From Deltaproteobacteria bacterium (GTDB lineage Bacteria > Desulfobacterota > Binatia > UBA12015), in NCBI GenBank assembly GCA_046583355.1, contig JAYGCM010000047.1:1-55272 (forward strand): a DNA stretch of 55,272 bases. The letters run 5' to 3'. The notes under the pieces were generated by a model, which was given only the letters and a program-made list of their open reading frames with translations, had not been told where the DNA came from and ran no database searches. Shown piece after piece: positions 40,928 to 52,087 of the stretch (positions are counted from its first letter, which is position 1; each line of letters begins with the position of its first letter). Both the position numbers and the translations under genes were made by a program.

Positions 40928-41995
40928 TCAGCGCTGCGGCGGCTGGCCGTTGTCGAAGTACTCGCGAAAATGGCGCAACATGCGTACGCCATCTTTGAGC
41001 TCCGCTTTGGGAATTTCCTCACCCAGCGCCATCAGCACCGCGAACCAGGCGATATTCGCGCCGGCCGCCTTGCAGAGGATGAGCGAGGTGCCGCCGCGCG
41101 GGTTGATATCGTAGATGCGCGGCTCGCCGTTCTTGTCGAGCTTCATCTCGTAGTTCTGCATGAAGCTGTAGCCGAAGGCCTTGCAGGCCCGCTTGGCCAT
41201 ATCGAGGACGGCCGGATTCATATCGACTTGGCCGACCGTGGTATTCGAGGCCGTGCCGCGTACGCGAATCTTCGGCACCGCATAGAGCACTTCGCCGTCA
41301 CGCGAGAGGACGTCACAACTATAATAGGTGCCCGGCAGGTACTCCATCGCAATCAGCTCGGGAAAATCCGGGCCTTCCTGGCGGCGGAACTCTTCGAGAC
41401 AAGTCTCAAGCGACATCACGGGCTGGCCCGCGGCGCGTACATCCTTGCCGACCTCGGGGTCATCACTTGCCGTGACCAGACGCGCTCCGCGGCCGCCCTT
41501 GGATTGGGTTGGCTTCAGGAATACATCGATCTCGGGGAAACCCATCTCCTTCAGGCCGTCTTCCAACTCGGCAAAGGTCGCGATCGTGCGGAAGCCGGCG
41601 GCCGGGATGCCCTGCTCGTTGAAGAACTCATGGTAGCGCGATTTATTCGACGAGAGACGCAGCATATCCGGGTTACCCGGCGTAATGACGCCGACGCCTT
41701 GGGCCTTGAACTCGTCCAGGCGCTCGGCCGAGCCGATCGCCTCTTCCTCGCCAAGCGCGTAATAAACATCGATCTCGTAGTCGCGACAGATCTCGAGCAC
41801 GCGGTCGATATAGCCGGGGTCGGTTCGCCCAGGCACCTGCACGAACTCGTCGGGCACATGCGGCGCGATGCCACCGGCATCCATATCGGCACCGACAATC
41901 GTGACATGGCGGTCGCCGGGACCACGCATGGCCTCGGCAAGCGAGGGACGGGTCGGATGACCAATTGAGGGAACGAGAATGCGAATATCTTTCAA
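40928..41995 (-). CDS. ATP-grasp domain protein
   Basis: TTG start after GGAGG; FLKPTQSKGGRG, MEYLPG, IYDINPR. Confidence 0.88.
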   Translation of the reverse strand: MKDIRILVPSIGHPTRPSLAEAMRGPGDRHVTIVGADMDAGGIAPHVPDEFVQVPGRTDPGYIDRVLEICRDYEIDVYYALGEEEAIGSAERLDEFKAQGVGVITPGNPDMLRLSSNKSRYHEFFNEQGIPAAGFRTIATFAELEDGLKEMGFPEIDVFLKPTQSKGGRGARLVTASDDPEVGKDVRAAGQPVMSLETCLEEFRRQEGPDFPELIAMEYLPGTYYSCDVLSRDGEVLYAVPKIRVRGTASNTTVGQVDMNPAVLDMAKRACKAFGYSFMQNYEMKLDKNGEPRIYDINPRGGTSLILCKAAGANIAWFAVLMALGEEIPKAELKDGVRMLRHFREYFDNGQPPQR

Positions 41996-42158
41996 GGGAA
42001 CCTCCGCTGAACGGGAACAGGAACACGGACAGATTGCGGAGTATCAGGTCCGGCCCGGCCAAAGAACCGGAACTCGGCAATACCCCTCTACCTGACCCGG
42101 CATCCGGGCATATCGTTCATCGGCAGAAGAGGCCGTTCGGCTTAGAAAAGCTCGCGAA

Positions 42159-43243
42159 TCAAGGCTTTTGCGCCACCAAATGGCTGGCGATGGCCTCGAC
42201 GGCTGCGAGCTTGCGATGGAAGCTCGGACGGCGCACATTGGAAATCGCGGCCGGGCTCGCGAAGCCGGCCACCACGAGGTCGGCCGCACGGTTGATATAG
42301 ATGAACTGGCCGAAGACGCCCTGGGCCAGGATCACACCGCGTTTGCTGTCGAGCACCCACCAGAAGTTTCGGTAGGCCTCGAGTGCAGAAAAATACGCCG
42401 GGTTTTCCGGGTCAAGGAAGATACTACGGCGTGCGGCCTCGCGGTCGCTCTCTTGTACCTGGAAGCTCTGCTCGACCCAATCCGCCGCCAAGACCTGCCG
42501 GTCACCAACGCGGCCGCCGTGCAGCACGGCCAGCCCGAAACGCGCGGCGTCGCGCAGCGTGGTGTTGAAACCACCTGTGGCGATGGGCGCGTAGGCGAGA
42601 TCGGTGATGAAGAATGCGTCATGCTCGACGCCCAGACGGCCCCAGATTTCCTCTGCGACAAAGGTCTGCAGAGGCACGCCACTCAGACGAGCGACCAGCC
42701 AGCCCAGAACGTCGACGTTCGGTGATTGATAGTGAGCACGGCACCCGGCTCGCGCGCGGTATCGGCCTTGAATTTCGACAGGTAGCGCTGCACGCCGCGG
42801 TCGACCAAAATTCCGGCAGCGCTCGACACCATCGATTTGGTCGACGAGGCCCACAGGTGGTGGTCGTGTGCCCCGAAGCCGCCGAAATAGTGCTCGTAGA
42901 GGATCTTCCCGCCCTGAATCACCACCACTCCGTCGGTAGAGTCGCCAAGTAAGGCTTCGAGTACGGTGCCGCTCTTGCCGGCATATTCAAAGCGCAGATC
43001 CTCAAGGCCCGCCCGAAGCGCTACGGGCAACTCACGTACCGGGCCGCGGCGCGGCACCATCACGGAGGGCTTCAAACCCATATTGCGAAACGCCCAGTGG
43101 CTATAGGGCGATTGCACCCAATTCCACGGGGTTACCTGGCTCTCCACGCTGGGTGGCACGCCCTGCATCGGGACGATCTCACCGGCTGCGCTCGGCAGGC
43201 CGGGCGTCAGGAGAAACAGAAGAAGTGCATAGAATCGGAACAT
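42159..43243 (-). pseudogene. Serine hydrolase (beta-lactamase class C / NylB-like), frameshifted and internally deleted
   Basis: Signal peptide and SSTK (SxxK) lie in frame 42683-43243. HYQSPNVDVLGWL..GVFGQFIYIN lies in frame 42159-42854. The switch is at ~42735 (GTG CT CAC TAT). Confidence 0.8.
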
Positions 43244-43347
43244 TCGGAAAATGCAGCCGGTACACCACCCCTTGCCGCCAGCCGCTTCCGAGTCGTGAGC
43301 CGCAACCGTCGGCTCCTTTGCTTCGTCAGCCACGTGCGAGTCTCGCC

Positions 43348-44445
43348 TCAATCACCTAATTCGCTCTGATACGACATGATTTCCGGCGCGATATTACTTG
43401 CCAGAGTCGTCTCGTAGGCTTCGATACCTTTCAGATAACGACCGAAGAGCGCCGCGCCGTAGGTATTGGTGAGGTCCCAGACCTCCATCGACTCGATGAA
43501 CTCGAAGGTGCTGCCGTCGGCGTGGCGCGCACCGTCGCCGCAGCCATCGCCCAGGCCAAGCCCCAAGCCGGTGTAGCAGGAGAAGCTGTAGCTGAAGTGG
43601 CCCGCGTCCGGCACTTCCACGAGAAACCGAGGCCCGATCGCGTTCGCGTAGGTCTCGCGCATGGCCGCGTTGCCCGCCAACCCGGTGGTCCTGTCCTCGC
43701 TGGCCAGCATCAGAAGCGTCGGGGTATCGTAGTCCTCCGCAATCGGGCCCGTCCAAACCTGCGGCAGCACGGCGGCGATCCGGTCGTCCATTCCAGCAGC
43801 CACCACCACCGTGAAGGCGCCAAAGGACATGCCGGTTGCACCGATCGGCGCCGTGGTATCGATCCAGCCGTCAAAGGGGGAGCCGGCTTCGCCATTCAGC
43901 TCCAGCATTGCGTCGATCACATAGATCAGATCAAGCGGGCGAGCCGTGGTCAATGTTCCCGGGTCGGCCGAGTTGTCGAAATAGGTATTGCCGTCGTGAT
44001 CGAGCGCCGCGACCACATAACCGTGGCTCGCGAGATGCTCCATCTGGTAGCTGTTCTGGAATCGAATTCCGTTGTTGCCATGCGAGAAAAGAATCAAGGG
44101 CCAGGGACCGTCTTCCGCCACCGCCACATCACGCACCGCAATCAGAGGAATGGTCGCGTTATCCGCCAATGACTCCAGACCGATGGGCAGATAGCTGGCG
44201 GCAGCGGCAGGCTCGAGGCCGCGCGCCTCTTCTGCCGCCGGGTACCAGACCTCAGTAAGCAACGTCCGGTCTCGACCGACATCATGGAATTCGACTCGCG
44301 TCACGCCAACCGGCCATGGGCCAGCCGCGGCGGGGTCAGGCGCGGGCACCACATCCGTGCTGCTTCCCGAACAGGCGCTAACTGCAAGAAGGAAAAATCC
44401 CAATGCCAGAACATTGAGGGGGGTCCGCGCCGAGCGGCGCTGCAT
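43348..44445 (-). CDS. Alpha/beta hydrolase lipoprotein (PAF-acetylhydrolase/dienelactone-like)
   Basis: Lipobox AVSAC; LILFSHG, LASHGYVV, GMSFG, AGHFS. Confidence 0.85.
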   Translation of the reverse strand: MQRRSARTPLNVLALGFFLLAVSACSGSSTDVVPAPDPAAAGPWPVGVTRVEFHDVGRDRTLLTEVWYPAAEEARGLEPAAAASYLPIGLESLADNATIPLIAVRDVAVAEDGPWPLILFSHGNNGIRFQNSYQMEHLASHGYVVAALDHDGNTYFDNSADPGTLTTARPLDLIYVIDAMLELNGEAGSPFDGWIDTTAPIGATGMSFGAFTVVVAAGMDDRIAAVLPQVWTGPIAEDYDTPTLLMLASEDRTTGLAGNAAMRETYANAIGPRFLVEVPDAGHFSYSFSCYTGLGLGLGDGCGDGARHADGSTFEFIESMEVWDLTNTYGAALFGRYLKGIEAYETTLASNIAPEIMSYQSELGD

Positions 44446-44572
44446 CGTCGAGAGGGAGAATCGCATGCCGACCGGTACCATATCGGATCGTGCTCTGCCC
44501 CATCCTCACGCCGCCCGGGGTATGTTGCGGGCAGACGGAAGATCCGGGCTGCAGGCTCGCGAGCGCAGCCTC

Positions 44573-45697
44573 TCAGCCGGCGCTGGCGCGCCGCGTCTCC
44601 GTCGCGACCCAATCGAGGAAAGAGTTCCGGAAGCTTTCGGGCGAGAAATGCTGTGCGCGAGCCACCGAATCGGCCGGATCGAACGTTGCTGTCGCCTCGA
44701 AATGATCGAGGGCAGTGGCCAGGCCAGCCGCGTTCGACTCGTGAAAAAAGCACCCAGTCGCAGCAGGTGGCGGCGGATTGCCGGCGGACACGCCCACCAC
44801 TGTCTCCAGCGCGCCTCCGGCGCCCAACGCCACCACCGGCGCACCGCAGGCCATGGCCTCGAGCGGCACGATCCCGAAGTCTTCTTCGCCCGGAAAGATC
44901 AGCGCACGACAACGCCGGTAGAGGTCGACCAGAACTTCGTCCGGCTGCGCCCCGATCACGTGCACGCCGCCGCGCGCGCGGCCGCGCAACTCTTCCAACA
45001 TCGGCCCCTCGCCGACCACCACCAATTTGCGCCCGCTCGCGACGCAGGCGTCCACTGCCATATCGACCCGTTTGTAGGGAACCAATTGGCCCACGCAAAG
45101 ATAAAAATCTTCACGCCGCGCAGCGGCGCTTGGCGTGAAACGAGCCAGATCCACCGGCGGCGCGATCACCCGCGCCTCGCGCCCATAATGACGCCGAATT
45201 CGCGCTCGCACAGCTTCTGCGTTGGTCGCGAAGGCATCGACGCCTTGCGCCGCCCGCGCATCATAATGACGGATCCAGCGCAGCCCAGCGTAAGCCAGAG
45301 GCCGGAGCAATAGCGGGATCTGCGCCTCGACGTATTCGCGCGCGAAATCCCAGGCATAGCGCGGCGGCGCATGACAATAGCAAAGATGAAGCGCGTCGGG
45401 CCGCGTACGCACGCCCTTCACCACCGAAGCGTCACTGGAAAGAATGAGGTCGTAGTCCCGTAGATCGAGGCTGCGTACCCCCAAGGGGTAGAGCGGCAAC
45501 AATGCCTCGCGAAAACGACGGCCGCGGTCGAGAATGCTCGCCTGGCTCCGATGGTCCGAGAGCGGCGGCGGCATCTTTTCCGTGCTGCCGAAAAGCGTGA
45601 AAACAGGGGCGTCTGGATAGAGGCGCGCCATCTCGGCGAAGACCCGCTCGCCACCACGCCAGGTGACAAGCCAATGATGCACCAGCGCGACGCGCAA
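44573..45697 (-). CDS. Glycosyltransferase family 4
   Basis: VALVHHWL..GGE, YCHAPPRY, KRVD, EDFGIVPLEAMACG. Confidence 0.92.
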   Translation of the reverse strand: MRVALVHHWLVTWRGGERVFAEMARLYPDAPVFTLFGSTEKMPPPLSDHRSQASILDRGRRFREALLPLYPLGVRSLDLRDYDLILSSDASVVKGVRTRPDALHLCYCHAPPRYAWDFAREYVEAQIPLLLRPLAYAGLRWIRHYDARAAQGVDAFATNAEAVRARIRRHYGREARVIAPPVDLARFTPSAAARREDFYLCVGQLVPYKRVDMAVDACVASGRKLVVVGEGPMLEELRGRARGGVHVIGAQPDEVLVDLYRRCRALIFPGEEDFGIVPLEAMACGAPVVALGAGGALETVVGVSAGNPPPPAATGCFFHESNAAGLATALDHFEATATFDPADSVARAQHFSPESFRNSFLDWVATETRRASAG

Positions 45698-45711
45698 AGT
45701 CCGCCCTTTTT

Positions 45712-46131
45712 TCAAGCGTCCGGGGCGCGCGTGAAAAGTTCGGATGCCAGCCAATAGCGCCACGTAATCCCACCCCAGATGAGCAGGCTCGGCAGCGCCA
45801 TCCACGCGCTTCCCCTCTCGTCGAGCAGCGGCCAGACGGCAAACGCGATGGTCATCTGCGCCAGATAAAGCGTGCCCCAGACGCGCATCCACGGGGCCAT
45901 CTGCCAAAGGCCCCAGACCAAAGATACGTAAATCAGAAAATGGATCGGCTCGGTAAGGCGCGCCGTCTCACCGCGCAGGACGATGCCGAACCAGACGTCT
46001 TCGGCGTGCGCGACCGGCTTCGAGAAATAATCCCAAGGCGAATAGATGAACGCGATGAAGACGCAGACGAGAAAGGCGGCATTCAGCCACAGAGGACGGT
46101 CGCGCAAAGGTACGGGGTTGGCCATCCTCAT
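45712..46131 (-). CDS. Hypothetical membrane protein (about four TM segments)
   Basis: Hydrophobic segments, Trp-rich; sits between co-oriented genes. Confidence 0.7.
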   Translation of the reverse strand: MRMANPVPLRDRPLWLNAAFLVCVFIAFIYSPWDYFSKPVAHAEDVWFGIVLRGETARLTEPIHFLIYVSLVWGLWQMAPWMRVWGTLYLAQMTIAFAVWPLLDERGSAWMALPSLLIWGGITWRYWLASELFTRAPDA

Positions 46132-46182
46132 GAGAAGAGCCCGGATCGAAGCGCGCTGCAAGGCCTCGCCACGCCGGCACGC

Positions 46183-46914
46183 CTACCAGCGCTCGAGCCA
46201 GGGACGTAGATCGGTCTCAAAACTCCACGCGCTGCGCGCCTGCGCGTGGATTGCCCAATAGGTCTCAGCGATATCGGCTGGTTGCAAGATCGCGTCCGGG
46301 CCGCGTTTGTCCAGCTCGGCGCCAAAGTTTGCGCGGATGAACGCGCCCTCAATCCCGCCATCGATCACGATATGCGCCACATGGAGGCCCTCGGGTCCGA
46401 GCTCGCGCGCCATGCTCTGCGCCAACGCCCGCAGCCCATGCTTGGCACTGGCAAAGGCCGCGAAACCGGTGCCACCACGCACGCTCGCGGTCGCGCCGGT
46501 GAAGAGAATCGTGCCCTGGGCGCGCGGCACCATCACGCGCGCGGCCTCGCGCCCCACCAGGAAACCACCGAAGCAGGCCATCTCCCAGACCTTGCGAAAT
46601 TTCTGTGCGGTGGTCTCGCGGATCGGGAAGAGGATATTCGCGCCCGGGTTGAAAACCACGACCTCCACCGGGCCGACTTCCGCCTCGATGCGCGCAAAGA
46701 GTGCCACCACCGCGCCCTCGTCGCGCACGTCAACCTCCCAGCCGTGCATCTCGCCGCCCAGCTCGGCGACCTCAGCGGCCAATTCGGCCAGTTCATCGCC
46801 ATGGCGACGGCGCAAGCCAACGATCGTGAACCCCTCGCCCGCGAAACGGCGACACAGCGCCGCGCCCAGCCCCGGCCCCGCGCCCACGATCAACGCCACC
46901 TTCTTCTCTGCCAT
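46183..46914 (-). CDS. SDR-family oxidoreductase
   Basis: VGAGPGLG, FTGATAS, FASAK, LAQSMARELGP. Confidence 0.92.
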   Translation of the reverse strand: MAEKKVALIVGAGPGLGAALCRRFAGEGFTIVGLRRRHGDELAELAAEVAELGGEMHGWEVDVRDEGAVVALFARIEAEVGPVEVVVFNPGANILFPIRETTAQKFRKVWEMACFGGFLVGREAARVMVPRAQGTILFTGATASVRGGTGFAAFASAKHGLRALAQSMARELGPEGLHVAHIVIDGGIEGAFIRANFGAELDKRGPDAILQPADIAETYWAIHAQARSAWSFETDLRPWLERW

Positions 46915-46988
46915 GCTCCGCTCCCTCTCGTTGGCTACTGCCCTTGCCGTACAAAAGAGCGGATCGCGCCGCCGGATGCCAGCCGCGC

Positions 46989-49900
46989 TCAGCCGAGCCA
47001 GGCGCGCGCGTTGCGGAAAAGGCGCAACCAAGGCGCCGCGTCGTGGCCGGCCCATTGCGCGGGAGCCCAGGAATGCTGCACCGTGCGAAAAACACGTTCG
47101 GGGTGCGGCATCAGGATCGTCACACGGCCATCGCGGCTGGTCACGCCCGCGATCCCCTGCGGTGAGCCGTTGGGGTTCGCCGGGTATGTCGTGGCGACCC
47201 GCCCGTGGCCGTCGACGTAGCGCAGGCCGATCTGCCCGGCCGCGTCGAGTGCTGCCGCGGAACCCTCGCCGACAAACTCCGCCCGCCCCTCACCATGTGC
47301 GACCGCGATCGGCAGGCGTGCGCCCTCCATGCCGGCCAACAATACGGACGGACTCGGCGTGATCTCGACCAACGTCAAGCGCGCCTCAAATTGCTCGGAA
47401 CGGTTGCGCACGAAACGCGGCCAATGCTCGGCGCCGGGAATGATCTCATGCAAATTCGAGAGCATCTGACAGCCGTTGCAAATCCCCAAGGCAAAGGTGT
47501 CCTCGCGCGCGAAGAACCCGGCTACGGAATCGCGCACCCGCTCGTGAAAGAGGATCGACTTCGCCCAACCCTCGCCCGCCCCGAGGACATCGCCATACGA
47601 GAACCCGCCGCAAGCTGCGAGACCGTGAAACTCCGCAAGCTCAACCCGGCTCGCCAGCAGGTCACTCATATGAACATCGACCGCTTCGAAGCCGGCGCGG
47701 TCAAAGGCGGCCGCCATCTCAATATGGCCGTTGACACCTTGCTCGCGCAAGATCGCCACCTTCGGGCGCACACCGGTTGCAATGAAGGGTGCTGCCGGGT
47801 CGTCGTCGAGAGCGAAGGGAACCTCCACGACCAGGCCGGGGTTACCTGCATCGAGACGCGCGGCATGCTCTTCCTCCGCGCAACGCTCGTCATCGCGTAG
47901 CGCCTGCATACGGTGGGTGGTCTCGGACCAGGCATCACGCAGCGCGAAGCGACTCTCTGCGAGCAACTCCTTCGTACCCTGGCGGATGACGAGGCGGTCA
48001 TCGTCGCGCAGCGTACCGAGCGCATACACCGCATCGGCGAGACCATGCCCAGCAAAGGCTGCGCGCAACGCGGGCAGATCCTCAGACCGCACCTGCACAA
48101 CCGCGCCGAGTTCCTCGCAAAAGAGAGCGGCCATGGCACCACCGCCGCAAGGGCCGATATCGATTTCCAGCCCCGTACCGCCCGCAAATGCCATCTCGAC
48201 CAGAGTTGCGGCCAAGCCGCCGTCCGAGCGGTCGTGGTAGGCGAGCAACTGTCCGGCCGACGCAAGCTGACGGATGGCTGCGAAAAATCCGACAAGGCGC
48301 GTGGGATCATCGAGGTCAGCAGGCTCGTGACCAATCGTTCCATAGACCTGCGCCAGCACCGAGGCGCCGAGCCGATTGCGGCCGCCGCCAAGGTCGATGA
48401 GGACCAGCACAGTCTCCCCGGCGTCGCAGCGCAGTTCCGGCGTCAGGCTCTCGCGCACGTCAATCACACGAGCAAAGCCGGTCGCGATCAAGGAGATCGG
48501 CGACGTTACACTGCGCGACTCTCCGCCCTCCTGCCAAACCGTCCGCATCGACATCGAGTCCTTGCCGACCGGCACGGCAATGCCGAGCGCCGGACAGAGC
48601 TCCATGCCGACCGCATGAACCGCATCGTAGAGCCCCGCATCTTCTCCCGGGTGGCCCGCTGGTGCCATCCAATTGCACGAGAGCTTGATCTCGCCCAGAG
48701 AGAGAATCGCGCAGCTGGCGAGGTTCGTCACCACTTCGCCGATCGCCAACCGCACCGAGGCGGCGGGGTCGAGGAGAGCCACGGGAGCACGCTCGCCACA
48801 GGCGAAAGCCTCACCCGTGACCGTATCGAAACTTGTCGTTGTCACAGCCGCATCGGCCACCGGCACCTGCCAGGGCCCCACCATTTGGTCGCGCGCGATC
48901 AGACCGCCGACCGTGCGATCGCCGATACTGATCAGGAAGGTCTTGTCGCCGACGGTAGGGGTGCGCAGAACGCGATAGAGCGCTTCGCGAAGGTCCAACT
49001 GACTCGCGTCGAAATGATCCGGCACAAAGGCCAGACGCTTCACCTCGCGGCGCATCTTCGGCGGCTTGCCAAAAAGAATCGACAGCGGCAGATCAATCGG
49101 ATTGTTTTCGAAATGACGGTCGTTCAGAGTGAGCGTCTCTTCTTCCGTCGCCTCGCCAACCACGGCAAAAGGAGCGCGCTCGCGCTCGCAGATCGCGGCA
49201 AACTCCTCAAGGGACTCCGGTGCGACGGCGAGCACGTAGCGTTCCTGCGCTTCGTTGCACCAGATCTCCAGCGGCGACAGGCCCGGCTCGGCGTTCGGCA
49301 CGTCGCGCAACTCGAAGCGTCCGCCGCGACCTCCGTCATGCACCAGTTCGGGCAGCGCATTGGAGAGTCCACCTGCGCCGACATCGTGGATGAAAAGAAT
49401 CGGGTTTTCCGCACCGCGCGCCGTGCAGCGATCAATCACTTCCTGACAGCGGCGCTCAATTTCGGGGTTGCCGCGCTGCACCGAAGCGAAATCGAGATTC
49501 TCAGCGCTCGCCCCGGAAGCCATCGACGAAGCCGCCCCTCCGCCGAGGCCGATCAGCATGGCCGGCCCGCCCAATACGATCAGCTTGGAACCCGCGGGGA
49601 AACCATCCTTGAGTTCATGGCCCGGGCGGATATTACCGAGCCCGCCCGCCAGCATGATGGGCTTGTGATATCCGCGCACCTCGCGCCCAGCGGGACCGGG
49701 GGCTTCCTCGCAGAAGGTGCGGAAATAGCCGCAGAGATTGGGTCGGCCGAATTCGTTATTGAACGCGGCGCCACCGATCGGCCCTTCCAGCATGATATCG
49801 AGCGCGGAAACGATCCGAGCCGGGCGACCGAAATCTTTCTCCCAGGGCTGTTCGGCGCCGGGAATGAGAAGGTTTGAGACCGAGAAGCCAGTGAGTCCGG

Positions 49901-50885
49901 CCTTGGGGCGTGCACCTCGGCCGGTCGCGCCCTCGTCGCGGATCTCACCGCCGGAGCCAGTCGCGGCGCCCGCAAAAGGAGAGATCGCCGTCGGGTGGTT
50001 ATGCGTCTCGACCTTGAGCAAGATCGAGACCGGCTCATCATGCGCGCGGTAGGTATGGTCAGCTGCATCGGCGAAGAAGCGACCACCGCGGGAACCGATC
50101 ATGACGGCGGCGTTGTCGCTATAGGCCGACACGATCCCCTCGGGGGCTTGGGCGCTGGTATGGCGAATCATGCCAAAGAGCGAATGCGGCTGTGGCTCGC
50201 CGTCGATGACCCAATCTGCGTTGAAAATCTTATGGCGACAATGCTCGGAATTCGCCTGCGCGAACATCATCAACTCGACATCCGTTGGATTACGGCCAAG
50301 ACCCTGGAAGCTGGTGGCGAGGTAATCGATCTCGTCTTCGGCCAGCGCCAGGCCGAGCTCTGCGTTGGCCGCCTCAAGCGCCGTGCGCCCGGCCTCCAAC
50401 AGCGGAATGTCGCGGACCTGCGCGGGCGGGCTTTGCTCGAAGAGGCGCTCGGCATCTTTGACACGGGCCAAGACAGCCTCCGTCATCCGGTCGTGCAGCA
50501 GAGCCCCGACGGCGGCGGCCTGTCCCTGCGCGATGCCTTCGACGGAAAACGCGATCCCGCGCTCGATCCGACGGACCTTGGCGAGCCCGCAGATCCCCGC
50601 GATATCCGTTGCCTTGGACGACCACGGAGAGATCGTCCCGGGGCGCGGAACAACCAGAAAGAGCGTGCCCTTGGGGCTCGCTGAGGCCTCATCCCGTTGC
50701 GGCCCATAGCGCAGCAAGGCATCGAGGACGTCACCCTCATGCGCCTCGAGTTGGCCCGCGACCAAGACGAAATGGACAAAACGCGCCTCTTCCAGCACCG
50801 CTCCGGGCACGGCCGCAGCCAGCGCCTCGGCACGGCGAGCAAATCGGGCAGGCGAAAACGCCTTCGAGCCGCGCAGAACAAGCAT
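46989..50885 (-). CDS. purL: Phosphoribosylformylglycinamidine synthase (large monomeric PurL)
   Basis: [41 protein letters not shown]. Confidence 0.98.
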   Translation of the reverse strand: MLVLRGSKAFSPARFARRAEALAAAVPGAVLEEARFVHFVLVAGQLEAHEGDVLDALLRYGPQRDEASASPKGTLFLVVPRPGTISPWSSKATDIAGICGLAKVRRIERGIAFSVEGIAQGQAAAVGALLHDRMTEAVLARVKDAERLFEQSPPAQVRDIPLLEAGRTALEAANAELGLALAEDEIDYLATSFQGLGRNPTDVELMMFAQANSEHCRHKIFNADWVIDGEPQPHSLFGMIRHTSAQAPEGIVSAYSDNAAVMIGSRGGRFFADAADHTYRAHDEPVSILLKVETHNHPTAISPFAGAATGSGGEIRDEGATGRGARPKAGLTGFSVSNLLIPGAEQPWEKDFGRPARIVSALDIMLEGPIGGAAFNNEFGRPNLCGYFRTFCEEAPGPAGREVRGYHKPIMLAGGLGNIRPGHELKDGFPAGSKLIVLGGPAMLIGLGGGAASSMASGASAENLDFASVQRGNPEIERRCQEVIDRCTARGAENPILFIHDVGAGGLSNALPELVHDGGRGGRFELRDVPNAEPGLSPLEIWCNEAQERYVLAVAPESLEEFAAICERERAPFAVVGEATEEETLTLNDRHFENNPIDLPLSILFGKPPKMRREVKRLAFVPDHFDASQLDLREALYRVLRTPTVGDKTFLISIGDRTVGGLIARDQMVGPWQVPVADAAVTTTSFDTVTGEAFACGERAPVALLDPAASVRLAIGEVVTNLASCAILSLGEIKLSCNWMAPAGHPGEDAGLYDAVHAVGMELCPALGIAVPVGKDSMSMRTVWQEGGESRSVTSPISLIATGFARVIDVRESLTPELRCDAGETVLVLIDLGGGRNRLGASVLAQVYGTIGHEPADLDDPTRLVGFFAAIRQLASAGQLLAYHDRSDGGLAATLVEMAFAGGTGLEIDIGPCGGGAMAALFCEELGAVVQVRSEDLPALRAAFAGHGLADAVYALGTLRDDDRLVIRQGTKELLAESRFALRDAWSETTHRMQALRDDERCAEEEHAARLDAGNPGLVVEVPFALDDDPAAPFIATGVRPKVAILREQGVNGHIEMAAAFDRAGFEAVDVHMSDLLASRVELAEFHGLAACGGFSYGDVLGAGEGWAKSILFHERVRDSVAGFFAREDTFALGICNGCQMLSNLHEIIPGAEHWPRFVRNRSEQFEARLTLVEITPSPSVLLAGMEGARLPIAVAHGEGRAEFVGEGSAAALDAAGQIGLRYVDGHGRVATTYPANPNGSPQGIAGVTSRDGRVTILMPHPERVFRTVQHSWAPAQWAGHDAAPWLRLFRNARAWLG

Positions 50886-50995
50886 CACAGAAGAACTATC
50901 AAACCGAATGCCCCCCAGCACTCACGACCCCAACTCCACCGCGAGGGGGAACCTTCCCCCGTACTTGTGGCCGGCTGGTTCTCGGCGGGGTATTC

Positions 50996-51853
50996 ATGGC
51001 GCGCATGCCCCCCAAGTCCACGCCCCCGAAAGTCGTCCTCATCACGGGGGCGTCCTCGGGTTTCGGCAAGAGTTGCGCCGAGCGACTCGCGCGTGAGGGC
51101 CACCGCGTCTACGGAACCAGCCGCCGTGCCAGTTGGGCTTCGCCCGCCACCCCCGAACCCGGCACGCCGAAGTTCCCGATCCTGATCCCCATGGATGTGG
51201 ACAGCGACGACTCCGTAAGGGAAGGCATCGAGCGTATCCTCACGCGCGAAGGCCGCCTTGATATCGTGGTAAACAACGCCGGAATCGGCATCGCCGGCTC
51301 CATCGAAGACACCTCTCCCGAAGAAGCTCGCGCTCTCTTCGAGACAAATTTCTTCGGTGTTCATCGTGTTTGCCGCGCCGCCCTGGTGCCGATGCGCGCG
51401 CAGAGTTCGGGCCTGATCGTCAACATCAGCTCGCTCGCAGGGCGCGTGACCATTCCCTTTCAAGGATTCTACTCGGCCTCCAAATACGCGCTCGAAGCGC
51501 TCACCGAAGCGCTGCGCATGGAGGTGGCCACGCTCGGCGTACGAGTGACCATGATCGAACCCGGCGACTTCGCCACCGGCTTCACCGACGCGCGGGTGAT
51601 CGCGGCCAGCGCTGGCTCTGGCTCAGCGTATACAGCGCGCTGCCGAGCCGCCGTGACGGTGATGGAAAACGACGAACGAAGTGGTGCCAACCCGGACTTG
51701 GTGGCTGACCTCCTATCGAAGATCATCCGGACCCATTCCCCGCGCGTACGCTACCCCGTCGGAATGTACGGCCAGCGCTTCGGCGTCGCCCTGGGGCGTT
51801 TCCTCCCGGCGGGCCTGCTCGAGCGAGCGCTCAAAGCGCTCTACAAGCTCTAA
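50996..51853 (+). CDS. SDR-family oxidoreductase
   Basis: ITGASSGFG, NNAG, YSASK, IEPG. Confidence 0.93.
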   Translation: MARMPPKSTPPKVVLITGASSGFGKSCAERLAREGHRVYGTSRRASWASPATPEPGTPKFPILIPMDVDSDDSVREGIERILTREGRLDIVVNNAGIGIAGSIEDTSPEEARALFETNFFGVHRVCRAALVPMRAQSSGLIVNISSLAGRVTIPFQGFYSASKYALEALTEALRMEVATLGVRVTMIEPGDFATGFTDARVIAASAGSGSAYTARCRAAVTVMENDERSGANPDLVADLLSKIIRTHSPRVRYPVGMYGQRFGVALGRFLPAGLLERALKALYKL

Positions 51854-51870
51854 GCCCCAAAAAGCGAGCG

Positions 51871-52050
51871 GGAACTTTCCCCGCGTTCCCCGCGGATTCG
51901 GGTTCGCGCCGGGGAAGTCCGGCCACCAACTCGGATCATCAGCTTTTCGGAGCCCGGTGTTGCAACCTCGTGTTTCACCGAGGCGCGCCGATGTTTCATC
52001 GAGGCCTCCGTGTTTCATCCGATTCCGGAAAAAACCCTGTGTTTTCATGA
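51871..52050. repeat. REP-like hairpin and short direct repeats on the left flank of the HUH transposase
   Basis: GGAACTTTCCCC (51871) and inverted GGGGAAGTCC (51911); TGTTTCA at 51971, 51992 and 52011, with a variant at 52040. Confidence 0.6.
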
Positions 52051-52087
52051 ATCACCGCTGGCCCGCTTCCTGCGTTGTCTACCACTC

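Noticed and set aside
47913..49877. 654-aa plus-strand ORF, and similar long antisense ORFs over uvrA, pabB and purB
   Set aside because: These are high-GC codon-bias shadows of well-supported genes and carry no motifs.
51885..51921. Resemblance to a type I-E CRISPR repeat (GTTCCCCGCG..GGGGA)
   Set aside because: Single copy with no spacers or cas genes; better explained as a REP-like hairpin.
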